Positions 26,588 through 28,559 of a stretch of DNA of 28,559 bases are shown here, in pieces. Origin of the DNA: a virus (lineage: Duplodnaviria; Caudoviricetes). The translations under genes were made by a program, and so were the position numbers. How positions within the stretch are numbered: the stretch's first letter is position 1; each line of letters starts with the position of its first letter. The stretch is taken from the IMG/VR virus record IMGVR_UViG_3300048080_000045, positions 1 to 28,559 of that record; one strand, 5' to 3'. The notes under the pieces are model-generated. The model did no database searches. It had not been told where the DNA came from and saw only the letters and a list, made by a program, of their open reading frames with translations.

Positions 26588-27514
26588 TTACGCTACGACA
26601 GACTTGAGTAAATACCCGGCATCCGTCGCGGTTAGCTTGACATCAAACGACCACATGCCAGCGATTACGTCTTGTTTCTCCTGATCTTCGCGGTATCTCT
26701 CAATCACCCGATTTTTGTACGTCATCACATAGCCCGCGTTCGGCGTGCCAAGCGATGCGCCGCCCACCACATAAGCCAGAAGCATGTGCTTGCCCCAGAT
26801 GAATGAGAGCGAATCGGTCGCGCCTTCAGCGGCGGTATTCTCAATCTGCGTGCCGACGAGCAATTTGTCCAGCCCAAACAGGGCGGCAATTGCATTGAGC
26901 GAAACAATCGCCGGAGATTGCGGCCCAGCCGCGCCGCGAATGCGATCGACAATATCAGGATGATTCTTAAAATCGGACAGAACGTTGTATCCGATGACTC
27001 CAACATTGGGCATCGCGCCGATGGCGGCCACGATTGTTTCAAATCCGACTTCGACATCTTCAATAGGCGTTGAGCTTGGATTGTCCCAGGTTACGCCAGG
27101 GGTAGACGACGAACTCCAGCCCGTACCGAAGGCATCGGCAGCAACTTTGGATTCAAGTTCGGCATGAAGCTGTCGGGTTACAAACTCCGTGCCATCGCGC
27201 AAGGGATTGAGCGGGTTATTAGAGTTTCGTACTTGTTCATCAGTAACCGGAGTCGCAAAAGCATACTCGATGCAGGTGTATTGACTGGTAGACAGGCTAT
27301 ACCCGCCGCGAACGGCGCGAGTACCGGGGCCGCGCGGCTGTGCTTCACGCCGGAGCCAATCGCCTTTGTTGAAGATGAAATACTTATCAGTAATTCTCTC
27401 CACTGGGACGACGGGGAATACCTGTTCATGAATGAACGTTTGCGGATTGTAGGCGATGCTGATATTCGTCAGCGGCACGTCAATATGGTACTGTTGATAA
27501 GTTGGCTTGGTCAT
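26588..27514 (-). CDS. Major capsid protein
   Basis: 308 aa; HID.PLTNISIAY....FI...VFP.VPV, W....S.PI.D, L.NHPDI.DRI and DAGYL motifs; AAGGAG RBS. Confidence 0.9.
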   Translation of the reverse strand: MTKPTYQQYHIDVPLTNISIAYNPQTFIHEQVFPVVPVERITDKYFIFNKGDWLRREAQPRGPGTRAVRGGYSLSTSQYTCIEYAFATPVTDEQVRNSNNPLNPLRDGTEFVTRQLHAELESKVAADAFGTGWSSSSTPGVTWDNPSSTPIEDVEVGFETIVAAIGAMPNVGVIGYNVLSDFKNHPDIVDRIRGAAGPQSPAIVSLNAIAALFGLDKLLVGTQIENTAAEGATDSLSFIWGKHMLLAYVVGGASLGTPNAGYVMTYKNRVIERYREDQEKQDVIAGMWSFDVKLTATDAGYLLKSVVA

Positions 27515-27526
27515 GTCTCATTCTCC

Positions 27527-27952
27527 TTAGCAGGACGATATTGAGCATCCAGATAGCGGCCCCCAGAAGAAGCCTTCGCCAATAACTGAAGCGGTGGTTG
27601 CAGTTGGGGCTAACCAGGTTGCTGAATAGCTATTGCAGGTCGTGACATCGAGAGCTTGACCAAATCCATCCGAAGCGCAGATGATGTACTTGCCGAAGCT
27701 GATGGTACAAGGCGCACCGTTGACGGCCAGCTTTGTCGGGCCAATCATCACTACAACCGCTTCCTGTCCAGTGCTGGGGCTGTTCTGCAAAACTCCTAGC
27801 GGGCCGGGGTTACTCGCGCCGCTGGCAAGCCTGACTTCACCCGCGATAGACCCGGCGCGCACAAAGCGGTATTGCGTTGTCGGGCAGGCGGAGAAGTCAA
27901 CGCCCGCCACAAATGTAACAGGATTAACTCCGATATTTCGTTGAGTAGCCAT
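27527..27952 (-). CDS. Capsid cement/decoration protein paralog 1
   Basis: QYRFV...GVLQNSP..GQEA.V...G.TK...G; directly upstream of the major capsid gene. Confidence 0.75.
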   Translation of the reverse strand: MATQRNIGVNPVTFVAGVDFSACPTTQYRFVRAGSIAGEVRLASGASNPGPLGVLQNSPSTGQEAVVVMIGPTKLAVNGAPCTISFGKYIICASDGFGQALDVTTCNSYSATWLAPTATTASVIGEGFFWGPLSGCSISSC

Positions 27953-27963
27953 TGGTCATCTCC

Positions 27964-28559
27964 TTATTTGTGCGACGGCGCATAGGTCTCGTTGTAGACG
28001 GCGAACAGATCGGGACGTTCTTTCGCCGCAACGTCAAGAGCGTCAACGTATTTGGCCGGGTCGCCGCCGAATTTGTCTTTGTGAATCTTATCGGCGAAGG
28101 CCTCGTAGGTTTCCACGTTGCCATCCTTGCGGGCGCTGGACATCTGTGAGAACAGACCGGCGGTGTGAATTTGATTGCTTACCGTATTTAGCAAGCTGTC
28201 AAAATAGGTGAATAGCTCCGGGTCTTTCTCTTCAAGCGCCTGGAGTTTGTCGGCCAGAGTTTCGGCCTTGTCGGGGATGGCGGTGAAGTGTTCGACGCAA
28301 TGGGTAATGAGTTGATCGCGGCGTCGAGCGCGCTTTGTCTCAAGCAACTGAGCGGCGAATGTCTCAGCCTGAGTTTTGAGCGTGGCGAATTGTTCTTTGA
28401 GCGCCGCGCCCTCTGCCGCCTGAGCTTTCAATGCCTCAAATTCTTCTTTCTTGACGCTGAACGACTCCGGCTGTTGGGGGGGAGTAGGGGTTGTCATCGT
28501 TTCTCCTTGTGATTTATCCGCCGGAGTTTCGGCGGTAGGTACGCTTGCTTTTTCTTCTT
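27964..28559 (-). CDS. Scaffold protein / C-terminus of protease-scaffold (partial; internal start at 28497)
   Basis: Frame is open to the window edge (EEKASVPTAETPADKSQGET-M). Coiled coil, then Y.DAL..AAKERPDL...Y C-terminus. Confidence 0.75.
   Translation of the reverse strand, partial: EEKASVPTAETPADKSQGETMTTPTPPQQPESFSVKKEEFEALKAQAAEGAALKEQFATLKTQAETFAAQLLETKRARRRDQLITHCVEHFTAIPDKAETLADKLQALEEKDPELFTYFDSLLNTVSNQIHTAGLFSQMSSARKDGNVETYEAFADKIHKDKFGGDPAKYVDALDVAAKERPDLFAVYNETYAPSHK

Noticed and set aside
1-28559. Genome-wide stop-codon reassignment (TGA or TAG)
   Set aside because: TGA and TAG terminate many tightly coupled genes normally, and long genes are intact under the standard code.

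Overview
This window is part of a tailed dsDNA phage or prophage genome of siphovirus type (tail tube, frameshifted chaperone and tape measure are present; no sheath). The host is possibly Chloroflexi/Anaerolineae, which is only an inference from recalled protein families. Positions 1-8140 (+ strand) form an early/accessory arm of small ORFs: a VRR-NUC nuclease, an RHH regulator, a PAPS-reductase-like PP-loop enzyme and a HAD-like protein, several of them frameshifted or truncated. Positions 8263-28559 (- strand) form the virion operon: scaffold, major capsid flanked by two cement paralogs, a Ser/Ala/Cys-rich fibre cluster, head-tail genes, two glycosyltransferase-like genes, tail genes and three paralogous receptor-binding/fibre genes. 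The most striking signals are: (1) a glycosyltransferase gene interrupted by UCU-UGA-(A-rich)-UCU at the base of a strong hairpin, the architecture of programmed ribosomal bypassing; (2) a truncated Cas7/RAMP-like ORF running into a strict NGY-NN pentamer array punctuated by GGCAAAGGC-like motifs (VIPR-like guide array); (3) a perfect parS palindrome; and (4) several large structured non-coding elements. All product calls come from motif recognition and synteny, not from database searches.
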